DNA from: Macrostomum lignano
Lineage: Eukaryota
Direction: 5' to 3'
Assembly: GCA_002269645.1 (NCBI GenBank)
Contig: NIVC01000419.1
Span: forward strand, 555,076 to 619,075
Length of the DNA: 64,000 nt
Shown: one piece after another, positions 52,591 through 64,000 of the stretch
Position numbering within the stretch: position 1 is the stretch's first letter
Layout of the letters: each line of letters opens with the position of its first letter
Notes under the pieces: model-generated
Seen by the model: the letters and a program-made list of their open reading frames with translations, nothing else
What the model was told of the DNA's origin: nothing
Database searches by the model: none
Made by a program: the position numbers and the translations under genes

Positions 52591-54553
52591 GCTAAACAAG
52601 AGCCTGGTCGCTTGAAAACTTATTCCCATTCTAACGATAAGTGGGAGAATTGTATTGAGAGGACGTATACAGTTGCAAAAATATCACCATGGGATTTCAA
52701 TTTGTTGCAAAATCTTGTGACCAGAGTGAGTCCGCAGACAGGAACTTTAGTTTGTTTTTGTTTGGTTCCTACAGCGCGTGGTGTAAAATTTTACTTTTCA
52801 TTTTCTAAACATTTTCCTCGCTGTTTACTCTTTAACAAAAGTGCCTGTTTTACTAAAAGTACCACCTTGCTGTTTTGTGTTTTGCGTATGAAAACCTTAA
52901 ACTTTGTTAAGCCACTTCTGCTCTCTGAGGCTTTCCTGGGAATTCTGATTGTCATTCAGCCTCCAACTGCCCTGGCCTTATCTTTAGAAATTTTCTTCGC
53001 TGGCTTTTGCTGCTCAGCCTCTCTGTCTGCTTTGAGGCTGCCGCTAGCTTAAGGCTTTCCGGGTTGAAGAGAAGCGCGGAAATGTATGCTAAAAGAAAAA
53101 AGCTGGGAAGCTCAAATTCAACTCTGAGACAGAATGCTTTATTTTCAAGGCTTTTTAAAGCTTTTTCTATGGAAGCCTCAGCCACTAGGAAAATATATAT
53201 TTTATGCAGTCACAATCTCATAAACATATTTATACTCTCCTGACCTCTGTTAATCTGTTATTTTACAAAATTATTTTAATTCTTGTGATGTAACCGCCCT
53301 TGTCGCCTGCCCGCTCCGTAGAGAGACGAACGCATGACTAGAGGGGGCAATGACCGTAGGCTGCCTATGACCGGGCAACGACCTGACGGACCTCCAGCAC
53401 CAGACTGTCCCGCCCACATGATTAGTAGCTTTTGGTAGCGCTTCGTGACCAGAGGGCCAAGGACCCACATGGACCCCACCTGTAGCCAAGGTGCAATAGT
53501 TGGTCACTCGGTCATGGTATGACCGAGTGGCTGCCACCACTCTATGTGACCTGGCGCACCTGGATCTTTCTACCAGACCTCTCAAGGCTAGAGCCCCGCC
53601 TGGATTGGTTACCAGGGGATTTAGGCTAACAGGGGAGACGCATGCAGCCGAGTACAGGGACTCTGCTTGGGGCATGATCGGGAACTCTGGGCTCAATCCT
53701 GGAGGATTTCTCAGCAGGGGATCCTTTGTGGCTGTGAGCGAGGCTTACTTGCGACTTTGATTACTAAGAGTAGTATGAGGCGAACATGTACTGTCTACAG
53801 TTTAGATTGCTCAGGGCGAAGGGACGCGTCAGCATGGGGTTGCAACCTTCCTACTGCCATTCTGTGCCAAGACTCGCTAATCCCTCTACTGCACGCACAC
53901 GCGGCCCCGCAGCACGCACTCACAGGCGGGCTTTGCACGGGGAGAGGCCATTAGCTTACCCAAACTCCCTTATGCTTTGCCACCCCGGGAGAAAGGCTTA
54001 GCAAGCCATGAGTGAAATGATGGTGAAAGATTGAATAATGATGAAGTTAGTTAATAGTTAATAATTAGGCCCTTAGGCGAATAATCAGGCAATTAGGCGG
54101 CTTCACTATTGAGTAAAATACAGCAAAAGATACGGTATCACAATTGGCTCAGCTCTCTAATCAGACAATGGAAAATAGGCAAACCCCGGATAAGCAAAGG
54201 CAATTAGAGCACAAATTAGTAGCAGGAGCTTACCGGCAGCTGCACAGAGAGAGAGAGAGGCGGAGTGACCGAGGGCGGCTGTAGGCTGCAGTCAGGCAGA
54301 CGGTGAAGCGGCGATGCGCTGGAGCGACGAGGCGCTGATGTAGATCAGGCGATGCTGATGATGCTGGGCGGTATCAGACCGCTGGCCGATAGGCGAGCTC
54401 ACTTGGGGAGCTAAGGATAACTTGGCGGTAACAGACCGCGGACCGGCAGGGATTCGTCTTATAGACGAATGGGTCAGAACTCAATCTGACTGCAAGTCCA
54501 AAGAAGGACGAGGAGAGGAGAAAGGTTGAGGATTCTCATGCCGAAATCGCTTC

Positions 54554-55070
54554 CTTTTATAGACCTCACAGCCGCCTCCTCAAGGTCGTTACCATGGCTC
54601 CCTCTCTCTGATTGGCTGCCGGCAGAATGACGTCAGAATGAGTCATGATGAGAAGCATGAGACCGGCATAGCAACATGAGAAATAGGGAAATTGCGCAAT
54701 CCGGAGGTGGGGTGGGGGGATAATTGGCGCAGCGGGTGGTCGCGAAAGTGTTGCGCAAGCAAACATTGAGAACAATAGGGCTGGGGTCGAGAACAAAGGA
54801 ATTGGAAATCGGGGATAATTGGGGAAAACTGAGAACAATGGAAAAGTAAACATTGGAGAAGAGGTGATAATTAGGTGCGAAAACGAGAACAAAAGAAAGA
54901 GAAAATCGGAGAAAATGTGATAATTGGTGGGGTCGAGAGAACAAAAGAAGCAAAAACGAGAACAATAGAAGCGGAGGTGGGGTGGGTGTCGCATGAGAAA
55001 TTTGGGGAGGAGAACAATGGCGTGAGAAAAGGTTGCGCAAGAGAGGGGGATGAGTCATCGATGAGTCATC
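54554..55070 (-). promoter_or_regulatory. Promoter/enhancer-like motif cluster (TATA, CCAAT, CRE, AP-1, C/EBP)
   Basis: Minus-strand TATAAAAG 54554-54561, CCAAT 54611-54615, TGACGTCA 54628-54635, TGAGTCA 54639-54645, ATTGCGCAAT 54691-54700, TTGCGCAA near 54752 and 55033, tandem GATGAGTCATC 55049-55070. Motif match only. Confidence 0.4.
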
Positions 55071-55736
55071 GGGGGGAAGAAGGGGTCACACGACTTGCGT
55101 CACCGTTTGGGAGTTTGGGAGGGGATGGGGAGACGGTGAGCACACAAAATACTGTAAGTAGACACAGAGAAGGAGGGGGGCAGCGCAGGAAAAGAGTGCA
55201 GAGGGAGACAAAAAAAAGAGAGGAGATAGAGAAAGTACAGGAAGAATAGGGCGGAAACAGAAGAGATAAGGTAGAGGGGGAGGTACAGAAAGGGGTAGGG
55301 GGCTCCGGAAAGGCAGGTGTGGCGGCAGGAGAGACGGGACCAAGGCAGCAGGAGGGGTGCAGCAGAGCGGGAGTCTCCAGGCCCGGTCGGAGGCCTGGCC
55401 GAGTCTCGACAGCTCTGTGCAGAGGGTGCACGGGATAGGAGGCACTTTCGAAAAAGTTCCCATGCCCTATCCCGCGACCAGAGCGTGGTTACATCACTTG
55501 ATTCTGTAAGTTACGAGTCTGGTCCAAATTTACGTAGTTGAAACAAGTATACAAAATCGCTTGAATATTTATTTCTAGAACTGTCAACGCAACGAAGTGT
55601 TTGGCTTTAAATACTCATTGTAACTTCAACAAAAACTGGATATCTAGTGGTGGGTTGTAGCCTAGGGGTGCGATGTAGTCTAGGGTGGGTTGTAGCCTAG
55701 GGTGGGTTGTAGCCTAGGGTGGGTTGTAGCCTAGGG

Positions 55737-56175
55737 CAGGGGCGTAGCCAGGAATTTTGATTGGGGGGGGGCCGTGAGTTAGGGGCGCCAGCTTCTTATA
55801 GGAGGGGCGCCAGTTTCGTTTAGGGGGGGGCGCCAGTTTCTTTTAGGGGGACGCCAGTTTCTTTTAGGGGCCGCCAGTTTCTTTTAGGAGGGGGGCGCCA
55901 GTTTCTTTTAGGACGGGGGGGCGCCAGTTTCTTTTAGGGGGCGCCAGTTTCTTATAGGGGGCGCCAGTTTCTTTTAGGGGGGGCGCCAGTTTCTTTTAGG
56001 GGGGGCGCCAGTTTCTTATAGGGGGGGGGCGCCAGTTTCTTTTAGGGGGGGGCGCCAGTTTCTTATAGGGGGGGGCGCCAGTTTCTTTTAGGGGGAGGGG
56101 GGCGCCAAGGCCAGAGTTGGTGATTATGGGGGGGCCACGGCCCCCCTTGCCCCCCCCCCTCTGGCTACGCCCCTG
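55737..56175. mobile_element. Non-autonomous hAT-type DNA element (439 bp) with internal GC-rich about 22-bp array
   Basis: Perfect 15-bp TIRs CAGGGGCGTAGCCAG / CTGGCTACGCCCCTG; 8-bp TSD GCCTAGGG (55729-55736, 56176-56183); internal GGGGCGCCAGTTTCTTTTAG units. Confidence 0.88.
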
Positions 56176-56198
56176 GCCTAGGGGTGGGTTGTAGCCTA

Positions 56199-56488
56199 GG
56201 GGTGGGTTGTAGCCTAAGTGATAGAGCGTCGGATTTACGACTGGAGGCTGGGGGTTCGATTCCCGATCCCACTCGGAACAATTGTGCCCTTGAGCAAGAC
56301 AATTAGCTCTGCATTGCTTTAGTTCACCAGGCTTTAAAATGAGTGCCAGCATTAGCTGGGGTAACTGAAGGTGTGTGGCGACCCCCCAGTCCTTGGACTG
56401 AACAGCCGTACGCAGCCTTCAGATGCGCCGCGCAATGGCTGCGGCTGAGCTGTCGGTTGCACATCTGGCCATTAGGGCAGGTGTAATA
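56199..56488 (+). mobile_element. SINE family 2, full-length copy
   Basis: TAGCCTAAGTG A box, GGTTCGATTCC B box, CORE-like middle, 3' end GGGCAGGTGTAAT. Confidence 0.85.
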
Positions 56489-57309
56489 GTCAACTAATAT
56501 TATTTTTTGAAGCAGAAATTTCCTGAAAAAAAAGTTGTTTCTCAATCCACTGTACAGTCAATGCCATGGACAGCTTACTGGTATGGCTGCCCCCGCCCGC
56601 GCCTTCCCCCGCAGTGGTAGCCATGGAAACCAGGCCAGGGGGTTTCAAAAGTTTTCCATTTCATCGATCAACAGTTAAGCATTGGGAAAAACGTTTTTTG
56701 CCTGACTTGAACCCCAGCACCTCAGATGGAGGAAGGCCTGATCCTTTGTTTAATCACCTGCCTCTTCGCTGAAGAAAAAATTGTCTCTGTCTGGCCGTGT
56801 AAAACGCTCTAACATCTTCACTCACTCTGTCTTGCTTGAGTAGACTTCCTCACGTCTCTAATATAATGTCAAAGAGACGCTATTGAAGAATTCTGAAAGA
56901 CTCCGAGGCGACCGGTGTCTCGGCATCTCGGGCTTAATGCAATGCTTGAAGTGGCTTCATGCACAGTCGTCAGGAGAATGTGGATTCTCTCTAAGGAATC
57001 AGAGATGCACTTTTATTCTTGCCGATTTGCCTCAAGGCTCAAGCCAAGGAGTTCTATAATTAGCAACCTGGAGTGGAAACGAGTTTTTCACTTTTACCGC
57101 ATGAGGCCAGACTAGCATAGACAGTGCCATAGACATTCAGTGCTGGCTCCTTATCTTAACAATTTGCGTGGCCTCATGAGGTAAAACTCGTTTCCGCTCC
57201 AGATTGTGTTAATAAGAGATGGGTTTGTGTGTGCATTCTCTCGATGCACAGCAATGCTAAAATTTTTATGGCGAAAACAGCTTGAGTGAGACATGTACGC
57301 AACTAGACT

Positions 57310-57790
57310 CCTGACTTTGGAGACTCCTGACTCTCGACTCCTGACTCTCGATTCCTGACTCTCGACTCCTGACGATCTCGACTCCTGACTCTCGACTCCT
57401 GACTCTCGACTCCTGACTCTCGACTCCTGACTCTCGACTCCTGACTCTCGACTCCTGACTCTCGACTCCTGACTCTCGACTCCTGACTCTCGACTCCTGA
57501 CTCTCGACTCCTGACTCTCGACTCCTGACTCTCGACTCCTGACTCTCGACTCCTGACTGAGCACCCCTGACTCTCGACTCCTGACTCTCGACTCCTGACT
57601 CTCGACTCCTGACTCTCGACTCCTGACTCTCGACTCCTGACTCTCGACTCCTGACTCTCGACTCCTGACTCTCGACTCCTGACTCTCGACTCCTGACTCT
57701 CGACTCCTGACTGAGCACCCCTGACTCTCGACTCCTGACTGAGCACCCCTGACTCTCCAGTCCTGACTCTCCACTCCTGACTCAGCACTC
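57310..57790. repeat. 14-bp minisatellite (GACTCCTGACTCTC)
   Basis: Direct tandem units. Confidence 0.95.
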
Positions 57791-58295
57791 CTTATTCTAC
57801 TCTGCGGGCTTCTGCCCACTGACTATTGTAACCTTGGACTGCATGTAAAGTTGAGTGATTCAGTGGGCGATGGTCTTGAAATATTCGCTTTAGCAGCTCG
57901 TATTGACAACGTTAACGAATGGTACAGTAAAAATAGATAAAACCTAAAAACCTTAGAAATTTCAAATAGCACAATGCATTGAAAAATCATTAACATCACT
58001 TTTATTGCAATTTTGACATAAAAGGCTCAGAATAAAAAAGAAAAGAAATTCTAAAAGACTTACGCATTTCAACAATTCATCAGCTACTTTTGCTACTAAG
58101 GCCGTGCGTTATAATCGTAAAGCTAGGCTAGTGTACTGACTGTGCTGAATTAAAGAAATTAGTTTAAAGTATTGTGACAAAGAAGCATTGTTAAAATTTG
58201 TACCAGGAGAAAAACAAAAGAAAATATTAACTTCAATTTAACAGCCTGTTAAAATTTGTTTGGGCTACTTTTAGGTAGCTTGAATCATCCTCATC

Positions 58296-58420
58296 CTGAT
58301 TGGCTGGTGTCTTCTTGTCCGCTGACTTACCCTCCGCCTGATTGGCTCGCAATCTCGAATCAGCTGACTCATCCTACGCCTGATTAGCTGGCCTCCTCTT
58401 GTCCGCCGACTTATCCTCCT
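58296..58420. repeat. Three degenerate 42-bp tandem units, each starting CTGATT(G/A)GCT
   Basis: Unit starts at 58296, 58338 and 58380. Confidence 0.6.
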
Positions 58421-58639
58421 AATCATTGCTGTTAACCTGCTCACTCACCTCTGCCGTAGCTACAGATGACTCTTGAGTTCTTGATTTCATGACCGGGTTC
58501 GCTGCACGTGCCATTGAGTGCAGATGATTGGTGTTGCATTCTGTGGGTCCCTTTTATGTATTTTCCAACAACAATAACACGTTCGATGAGAACTCAACAT
58601 TCTTTTGAAATTATGGTTTTAGCTTTTAGCTCGTATAAA

Positions 58640-58945
58640 GGCGTTGTAGCCTATAGTGATTAGAGCGTCGGACTCACAACTTTAAGGTCGGGGGTTCGAT
58701 TCCCGATCCAACTCGGAACAATGTATTGCTTCAGTTCACCCAGCTGTAAAATGGGTGCCAGCATTAGCTGGGGTAATTGAAGGTGTGTGTGGCGACCCCC
58801 AGTCCTTGGACTGAACAGCCGTACGCAGCCTTCAGATGCGCCGCGCAATAGCTGCGGCTGAGCTGTCGGTTGCACATCTGCCCCAATTGGGGAGGTGTAA
58901 TCAATTATTATTATTATTATTGTTATCATAATTATAATTATTATT
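58640..58945 (+). mobile_element. SINE family 2 copy with (ATT)n tail
   Basis: Same head and body as 56199-56488, with a deletion in the CORE-like part; ATT-rich tail. Confidence 0.85.
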
Positions 58946-59843
58946 TATATTATTACGTTATTTTCAATTTATTAATTCGGAAAAATAAATCCTAATGAGA
59001 AAAAACAATATTATTTGTTTATTTTCATAAACAATTTATGAAAATTGCTTTCATATAATTCCTTTATCGCTTTTGTCGTGAGTTGAACTATTTAATTGCG
59101 ATCATCATCGACAGAGCTGTAGGCAAATACCATGTTCATCTGACAGGCAACAAATATTGGAATATCAACCAGTGCAAACAGACTAAGATACTCCAAATAT
59201 TACATTTAGATCTTAAAAGAGATAAAAGTTCTGATAGCTAGGAAAAAGTACGAATCATACTGCTCTTAGTACTGGGATTAAGGCAATGGGATTAAAAATA
59301 ATCCACGAGAAAGCGTCTTTGGATCCTGTACATTGTCATACATTGCGAATTCACGAGAAATCGAAGCCGACTTTAGTAATTAATTTTAGTATATAGGACT
59401 AGCCACCTGCGCCCTCGTTTAGGTAGGAAACAAAAAAGGAATAAAAAGTTTTTGTTACAGTCGCTTTTTTAGTATCCTAAAGAAAATGATGTTTAAAGCA
59501 AGATAGCGTCAGGCGTGGAAGCCAGTCGTCTAGCCTAAGATATCAGCATCAAAGCCTCTCTTTCAGCCTTGGCTTAAAAGTCTCCCTTTGATCTACGTTT
59601 TGCTTGGTCTACCAATAACTTCGAATTGACTCTTAGCATCTTAGCAACCCCCCACCCAATGAGACACAGCATTTCAGCAATCCCCTCTCTAGTTTTGACT
59701 TCTCAGCGATTCAGTACCGAAAAGGCTGTTAGAAGAAACAAATAATCTGTGAAATCAGTAACAAACTCTTTACTAATAGATACATTACGTCGGTAACGTC
59801 CAAACGGTTTTAACAGCAAATCATCTACACCCAATGCCAAGCG

Positions 59844-60169
59844 TTAAAAGTACGTGACGTTAGACCAACTCGAATTGCCACCAGGCGAAGGTGGTTGGTC
59901 ATTATTAGAGTTTATTGTTAGTCGAATAATCAGACCGATTGAGAAAATTCCGATCACGGCGATACCAGTTGCTAGTCGAATATAAATTATTCGACGAGTG
60001 GCAGCGTTGCTCAATGACGATGGAATTTCTGAAGGAGTTCGGATTGGAACCAGCTGGTCTGCAGTTGTGTAGGCCGGGTTGCTGGGGTAACGGCGATGTT
60101 GCTGCTGCTTCTCCGGGCTACTTTCTTGATTCTGCTCATACGGACGATGATTTCTGTCCGTTAGAAGGC
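59844..60169 (-). CDS. SLC47A: MATE right copy, terminal exon (TM13)
   Basis: ctttaacag|GLLTDRNHRPYEQ..RRIIYIRLATGIAVIGIFSIGLIIRL..WSNVTYF*; open frame. Confidence 0.78.
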
Positions 60170-63100
60170 CTGTTAAAGTTATTTAAAAGAAAAACGATTA
60201 TTAAGTTGTTTTATTGGTGTCTCTTAAAACCTCGTTTTAAGCAGAGCGAGAGCAGAGATGATAAGAGAAAATATCTAGTTTGAGTTAAATATTCAACAGG
60301 ACGTGAGGCCTAGGGTATATTTATAAGACAATAACCAGGAGGCGGGGCGTTGAGTGCAAGTATAGTAAAAAGAAGGGTGGAGTGCGCGACTAACTATTCT
60401 ATAAGAGGCAAGGGAGGCGAGATTGAAGAGCCAATCAGAAGGCAGCGAGGAGAGAGTGAGAAAATAACAAGACTGAACTGGACAGGGGGAGAGAAATAGA
60501 GTACACCAAGACAAGTGCAGATGAACTAAAGAAATGACTAAAAAGTCGTGACAGTAGACATGTATGACTCAACTTAAGATTCGATAACGTAAGTTCGGCC
60601 TCAGGCTTACCAACATTGGGCCTGAGGCTTATTATACAATCCCAAGCAAAGTTGAGCAAATATTGATTTAGTCACTTCAAATTAATGGGGAAAATCAAGC
60701 TTAAAAGTTGATTTTCTGCCTTTTCTAGGAAATAAAATCGTGGATATTACTTTTAAAGTGTGCAAGAGTCGACGCGCCTTGATTTGCGGCAGCTCTCAAA
60801 GCCCTCCTGCCCAATAGTATCTGAACTCCAAGAGTATTTAAGATGAAATAACTTCGGATAGAAGAGGACTTACTTGACAGTTTTATTCCAACAGCTCTAG
60901 AAGGGCTAAAAAACCAGTGTGAACTCACCGGTAGTCTCATTGGCGAGTTGGTCATCTTCTCCCTGCTGCCTCTCCTCCTCGCAGTCTGTATCGTAGCGCA
61001 GCTGCTTCTCTGATGCCGCGCGAACTCGGCGCTGGGCTTGGCGCGCCTGACCGCGCCAGTCTTGTCGGGCCAGCACGGCTATGTAGGCTGGACAGATCAG
61101 ACTCACTCCGATCAGTAAGCCAACCCACAGACCTGAGGAGTGTGACAGTTGAGCTCAGCACTGATTCTAGTCAGGATCTTCACACTCAACATGGGTTTTA
61201 GGCAGAATATTTGGTTTCGGAGTGATTCTAATGGATCTGTTTGACTCATGAGTCACTATAGTCGGTCTCTGTTTGACTCAGGAGTAATTCTAGTCATCGT
61301 GGTTGATTCAGGAGTGATTCTAATTATTTTGTTTGATTCATGAGTCACTCTAGACGGTCTGCTTGATTCAGAAGTGATCCTAGTCATCGTATCTGGATCA
61401 GGAGTGGTTCTAGTCATCGTATCTGGATCAGGAGTGGTTCTAGTCATCGTATTTGGATCAGGAGTGGATTCTAGTCATCGTATTTGGATCAGGAGTGGTT
61501 CTAGTCATCGTATTTGGATCAGGAGTGGTCTAGTCATCGTATTTGGATCAGGAGTGGTTCTAGTCATCGTATTTGGATCAGGAGTGGTTCTAGTCATCGT
61601 ATTTGGATCAGGAGTGGTTCTAGTCATCGTATTTGGATCAGGAGTGGTCTAGTCATCGTATTTGGATCAGGAGTGGTTCTAGTCATCGTATTTGGATCAG
61701 GAGTGGTTCTAGTCATCGTATTTGGATCAGGAGTGGTTCTAGTCATCGTATTTGGATCAGGAGTGGATCTAGTCATCGTATTTGGATCAGGAGTGGATCA
61801 TCGTATTTGGATCAGGAGTGGTTCTAGTCATCGTATTTGGATCAGGAGTGGTTCTAGTCATCGTATTTGGATCAGGAGTGGTTCTAGTCATCGTATTTGG
61901 ATCAGGAGTGGTTCTAGTCATCGTATTTGGATCAGGAGTGGTTCTAGTCATCGTATTTGGATCAGGAGTGTTCTAGTCATCGTATTTGGATCAGGAGTGG
62001 ATCTAGTCATCGTATTTGGATCAGGAGTGGATCTAGTCATCGTATTTGGATCAGGAGTGGTTCTAGTCATCGTATTTGGATCAGGAGTGGATCTAGTCAT
62101 CGTATTTGGATCAGGAGTGGATCTAGTCATCGTATTTGGATCAGGAGTGGTTCTAGTCATCGTATTTGGATCAGGAGTGGTTCTAGTCATCGTATTTGGA
62201 TCAGGAGTGGATCTAGTCATCGTATTTGGATCAGGAGTGGTTCTAGTCATCGTATTTGGATCAGGAGTGGTTCTAGTCATCGTATTTGGATCAGGAGTGG
62301 TTCTAGTCATCGTATTTGGATCAGGAGTGGTTCTAGTCATCGTATTTGGATCAGGAGTGGTTCTAGTCATCGTATTTGGATCAGGAGTGGTTCTAGTCAT
62401 CGTATTTGGATCAGGAGTGGTTCTAGTCATCGTATTTGGATCAGGAGTGGTTCTAGTCATCGTATTCGATTTAGGAGGAGTGATTCTAGTCAGTAATTTC
62501 GACTTAAGAGTCATCCAAAAATACGAAGTCATCTAACTTCAGTGTAACTACATAAAATACCTGGTTACTACATCAAACAAGCACAAGAAAGGCAGTGAGC
62601 ATCTAATAAACAAACACATGCATAACCGTGAATTGTCAACAAACGATAACGTGCAAGTCTGTAGCAAAGCCAGCGCAGCCCGATGGTCATGCCAGACCAT
62701 AAGTAGGACAGGAACACGAAGATCACCCCAGTCAGCTGGCGGCCGCAGCCTCTCAATGCTCCGGCGCAGACGCTCTGCAGACCGTCCAGAAAGATGAAAA
62801 ATCCCAGCAGCGGGAAAATTTGCGCTGTTATGGTTAGGACGTCGCTGTTAGGTTAGGGAGAACGAAAGCGGATATTCGATTATACTTTAAGTGCCTATGG
62901 AAAGAATCTGTGAAAGTCCTTGTCGCAACTCCAGGTGGCATTCGACTTGCAATTAGGCAGCTATGCTCGTTCCGCTGGACATCTGAGCAGGCACACGTTG
63001 TACGTGGTGACGCAATTATAGGCAAGGCGCTTCCACAGGATGAGCAGCGGCACTGACTTTCTTATCGTGGGCGTGGGTAGTGTGCATGCTCTGCGCCACC

Positions 63101-64000
63101 TTGGGTTAATCATCATGAGGGGCGAATCACACAAGCCACTACTGCAAAATCCATTTTGTGTTAGAGCTTCAAATTTATGTAGTAGGCCGTTGCTATTATA
63201 GTCCTTAGCGATGGAGTTTTTGACTTGTCAGGACAAGAAGTTCTGTTCCAGTTTATTTTTCTAATAAGTATTTTTTCAACTGTATTCAGGAGACTATAGA
63301 TGCATTCGGATTATATTCTGGAAACAACCATACATCACTATAAGTTGCTCCCCAACTCACGGATCGGTGGTGTACAGTCCGGGAATGAAGTCCTTGCCGA
63401 CGACGAACACCGCGCACAGCACGGATGCTACGCAGAGCAGGCAGCAGATGCTGCAATCCAGGCCAGCCGAGCACCGGTCCGTTGTTGGCCCCAGGTTTTG
63501 GCCAACCGGATGTTCACAGCGACACCGAAGCCCAGGACGCACTGCATGGGACCGGCAGGTGCTTGGATTTAGTCATTTGATTTTATTGTGCTTGTTAGAA
63601 TAAATGGATTTCGAAGCATGCTCACGACCATGACCTCTCACCGTGTAAGCCAGCGTTTCAGTTTGGAACAGAATCGATTGCGCACCCAGCTCGGATGTAC
63701 CGATGATGCCTGAGCAATAATTAACATAAATATTGAAGTTTTTGAGGTCTATTCAAAATTTCTTCACATCGAATCAAATGATTTTGATCATTTTTGCGTG
63801 TGTGAAAACTTGGTCTGAGGTTGGTGTGTCATTCACAACCATATTGAACAAACCCCAAAGGCACAGGGTGCGCACGCTGCTCTAGCAATGAAAATCTGTG
63901 CGTACGAACTATATGGACTGACTAACCTGCAATGAAGGTGCCAATCTCGTAGCAGATAATCTCCAGACACACCATTCCCATGCCGGGCAGAGCTAGCCGG
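59844..64000 (-). CDS. SLC47A: MATE/SLC47A-family transporter, right (upstream) copy, 3' six exons; gene continues beyond the window
   Basis: Exons (>64000)-63927 RLALPGMGMVCLEIICYEIGTFIAG; 63709-63642 GIIGTSELGAQSILFQTETLAYT; 63541-63361; 62844-62645; 61132-60929; 60169-59844 (TM13, ..WSNVTYF*). The two middle exons carry several 1-nt indels, probably consensus errors. Confidence 0.82.
60929..61132 (-). CDS. SLC47A: MATE right copy, TM12 exon
   Basis: One synonymous difference from 37767-37970. Confidence 0.85.
61380..62490. repeat. 30-bp satellite (TTTGGATCAGGAGTGGTTCTAGTCATCGTA), intron of MATE right copy, paralogous to 38121-43672
   Basis: Same family at the same intron position; degenerate older units at 61205-61380. 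Confidence 0.96.
62645..62844 (-). CDS. SLC47A: MATE right copy, TM10-11 exon (with 1-nt indels)
   Basis: DVLTITAQIFPLLGFFIFLDGLQSVCAGALRGCGRQLTG.., then indels relative to the left copy. Confidence 0.75.
63361..63541 (-). CDS. SLC47A: MATE right copy, TM8-9 exon (with 1-nt deletions)
   Basis: catgcag|CVLGFGVAVNIR..; 181 nt versus 185 nt in the left copy. Confidence 0.75.
63642..63709 (-). CDS. SLC47A: MATE right copy, ELGAQS exon
   Basis: gctcag|GC ATC..ACG|gtgag; intact. Confidence 0.85.
63927..64000 (-). CDS. SLC47A: MATE right copy, TM7 exon (runs off the window)
   Basis: RLALPGMGMVCLEIICYEIGTFIA G|gttag, resembling recalled human RLAIPSMLMLCMEWWAYEVGSFLSG. Confidence 0.85.

Noticed and set aside
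53290-54000. GC-rich stretch that may be a decayed retroelement ORF
   Set aside because: No unambiguous RT, endonuclease or RNase H motif could be read in any frame.
56650-57300. Possible hAT transposase remnant
   Set aside because: Only vague resemblance in stop-ridden frames; not supportable without an HMM search.
60281-60553. Possible solo LTR (purine-rich, CCAAT/TATA, ends GTCGTGACA)
   Set aside because: No matching opposite terminus or TSD found.

Overview
Eukaryotic (metazoan) genomic DNA, very rich in intronic tandem repeats. The style resembles a macrostomid flatworm such as Macrostomum, but that is inference and cannot be proven from the window. I reconstructed spliced genes by hand that the ORF track misses. 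(1) A complete 11-exon RYK/Derailed-type WIF-domain receptor pseudokinase on + (4588-34054, about 693 aa), in which every intron except the first is inflated by its own satellite array(s). (2) Two tandem copies of the last five exons of an SLC47A/MATE transporter on -. The right copy (59844 to beyond 64000) continues off the window. The left copy (36357-49041) has no detectable 5' exons of its own, so it is either an alternative 3' half of the same gene or a truncated duplicate. (3) An intronless secreted PAN/Apple + C-type lectin gene on + (51853-52590) between the MATE copies. Mobile DNA: a decayed Ngaro/DIRS-type tyrosine-recombinase retrotransposon (about 1600-4100, -), a 5'-truncated RT+RNase H LINE of the I/LOA group (about 44050-47194, +) and a second fragment (-), two tRNA-derived SINE families (one with a MIR/CORE-like domain), and two satellite-carrying non-autonomous hAT elements with 8-bp TSDs. 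The very long ORFs in the track are repeat artefacts. Top leads: the orphan duplicated MATE 3' exon cassette (D->N at the coupling-ion site, rescued splice donor, gene-converted exon) and a RYK intronic satellite built from copies of the 3' splice site, whose upstream AGs would each give an immediate stop. Comparisons to human RYK, SLC47A1 and MIR are from memory, not from a database search.
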